A DNA stretch of 43,233 bases, from the IMG/VR virus record IMGVR_UViG_3300042114_000008. One strand, 5' to 3'. Origin of the DNA: a virus. Made by a program: the position numbers and the translations under genes. Shown here piece after piece: positions 42,838 through 43,233 of this stretch (positions are counted from its first letter, which is position 1; each line of letters starts with the position of its first letter). A model generated the notes under the pieces. That model was not told the origin of the DNA, ran no database searches, and saw nothing but the letters and a program-made list of their open reading frames with translations.

Positions 42838-43233
42838 TTACAGCACTACAGATACTGCATATAAAGGTTCATTTACTTCTTTAGCAAAACCTTTTTCATC
42901 AACTCCGTGAGAAATTCTTGTCGCTTCTTGTAAGAACTTAACAATTCCTTGTGGCAATAACACTTCAGTGTTTTGTTGAAAGTCAAATGTAAATTCATTA
43001 ATAGAAACAAATATAGAATGTTTCTTTTCAGCAGAAGATAAACTATGAACTTTAACTTTAGTCAATTCTCCAAGAGGATGAACTTTCTTAGTTTCTGCAG
43101 GTTTTTGTGCAGTTGTTTCTGCAGGTTTTTGTGCAGTTGTTTCTGCAGGTTTTTGTGCAGTTGTTTCTGCAGGTTTTTGTGCAGTTGTTTCTGCAGGTTT
43201 TTGTGCAGTTGTTTCTGCAGGTTTTTGTGCAGT
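42838..43233 (-). CDS. 3' part of the boundary-spanning gene: AQKPAETT repeats, then ...QKPAETKKVHPLGELTKVKVHSL... and a 75-aa C-terminal domain
   Basis: The frame of track ORF 42838..43065 (TTG-started in the track) stays open upstream through the repeat array to 43233. It is the same frame as the repeats at 1..136. Confidence 0.7.
   Translation of the reverse strand, partial: TAQKPAETTAQKPAETTAQKPAETTAQKPAETTAQKPAETTAQKPAETKKVHPLGELTKVKVHSLSSAEKKHSIFVSINEFTFDFQQNTEVLLPQGIVKFLQEATRISHGVDEKGFAKEVNEPLYAVSVVL
43091..43233 (-). repeat. 24-nt tandem array: a 19-nt partial unit, five perfect units and 4 nt
   Basis: Units begin at 43110, 43134, 43158, 43182 and 43206. Positions 43110-43229 are identical to 1-120. 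Confidence 0.95.

Noticed and set aside
1-43233. A search for integrase, repressor, transposase, reverse transcriptase (DGR/retron), toxin-antitoxin pairs, and canonical tRNA or rRNA genes.
   Set aside because: None of the ORFs shows the corresponding motifs (tyrosine or serine recombinase, DDE, YxDD). No complete tRNA cloverleaf was found by eye. The genome therefore looks virulent and free of mobile elements, though weak homologues cannot be excluded without HMM searches.

Overview
The window reads as one complete, circularly closed phage genome of about 43 kb. It is low-GC, apparently virulent and podovirus-like.

Strand and signals: every convincing gene lies on the minus strand, so transcription runs from high to low coordinates. 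Genes are tightly packed, with many ATGA/TAATG couplings and an AAAGGA-type RBS. The plus-strand ORFs in the track are antisense artefacts.

Gene order, starting from a 0.6-kb non-coding block (32590-33192):
1. Early region: two small membrane proteins, then a split T7-like RNA polymerase (31229-29125) organised like the two-subunit N4 RNAPII.
2. Middle/replication region: a 762-aa helicase-primase-like protein, a FEN 5'-3' exonuclease, an AAA_24/Sak4-like ATPase with a decayed tandem copy, an SSB, an ATP-dependent ligase and a metallophosphoesterase. No DNA polymerase is recognisable.
3. Late region: TerS/TerL, tail fibres, a micro-lipoprotein, then portal, scaffold and major capsid protein.
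4. Across the window boundary: a small protein with perfect 24-nt (AQKPAETT)n tandem repeats.
5. Two virion proteins, then a 2249-aa protein with a T7-like RNAP core (N4 vRNAP-like).
6. A lysis cassette with an M15 peptidase.

Most interesting points:
- An N4-style transcription kit sits in a compact, T7-ordered, unidirectional genome.
- Trinucleotide-loop hairpins and a conserved 20-nt leader lie upstream of the first early genes. A dense hairpin/palindrome cluster follows the RNAP operon terminator.
- The 0.6-kb G-run-containing non-coding block is probably the physical genome end.
- There is a D-arm-less tRNA-like element, a GC-rich island, a nonsense-interrupted ATPase paralogue, and a lipoprotein/DUF1353-like pair next to the tail fibres.

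Limits: all functional calls rest on motifs I recognise by eye and on synteny. No database search was possible, and the host is unknown.
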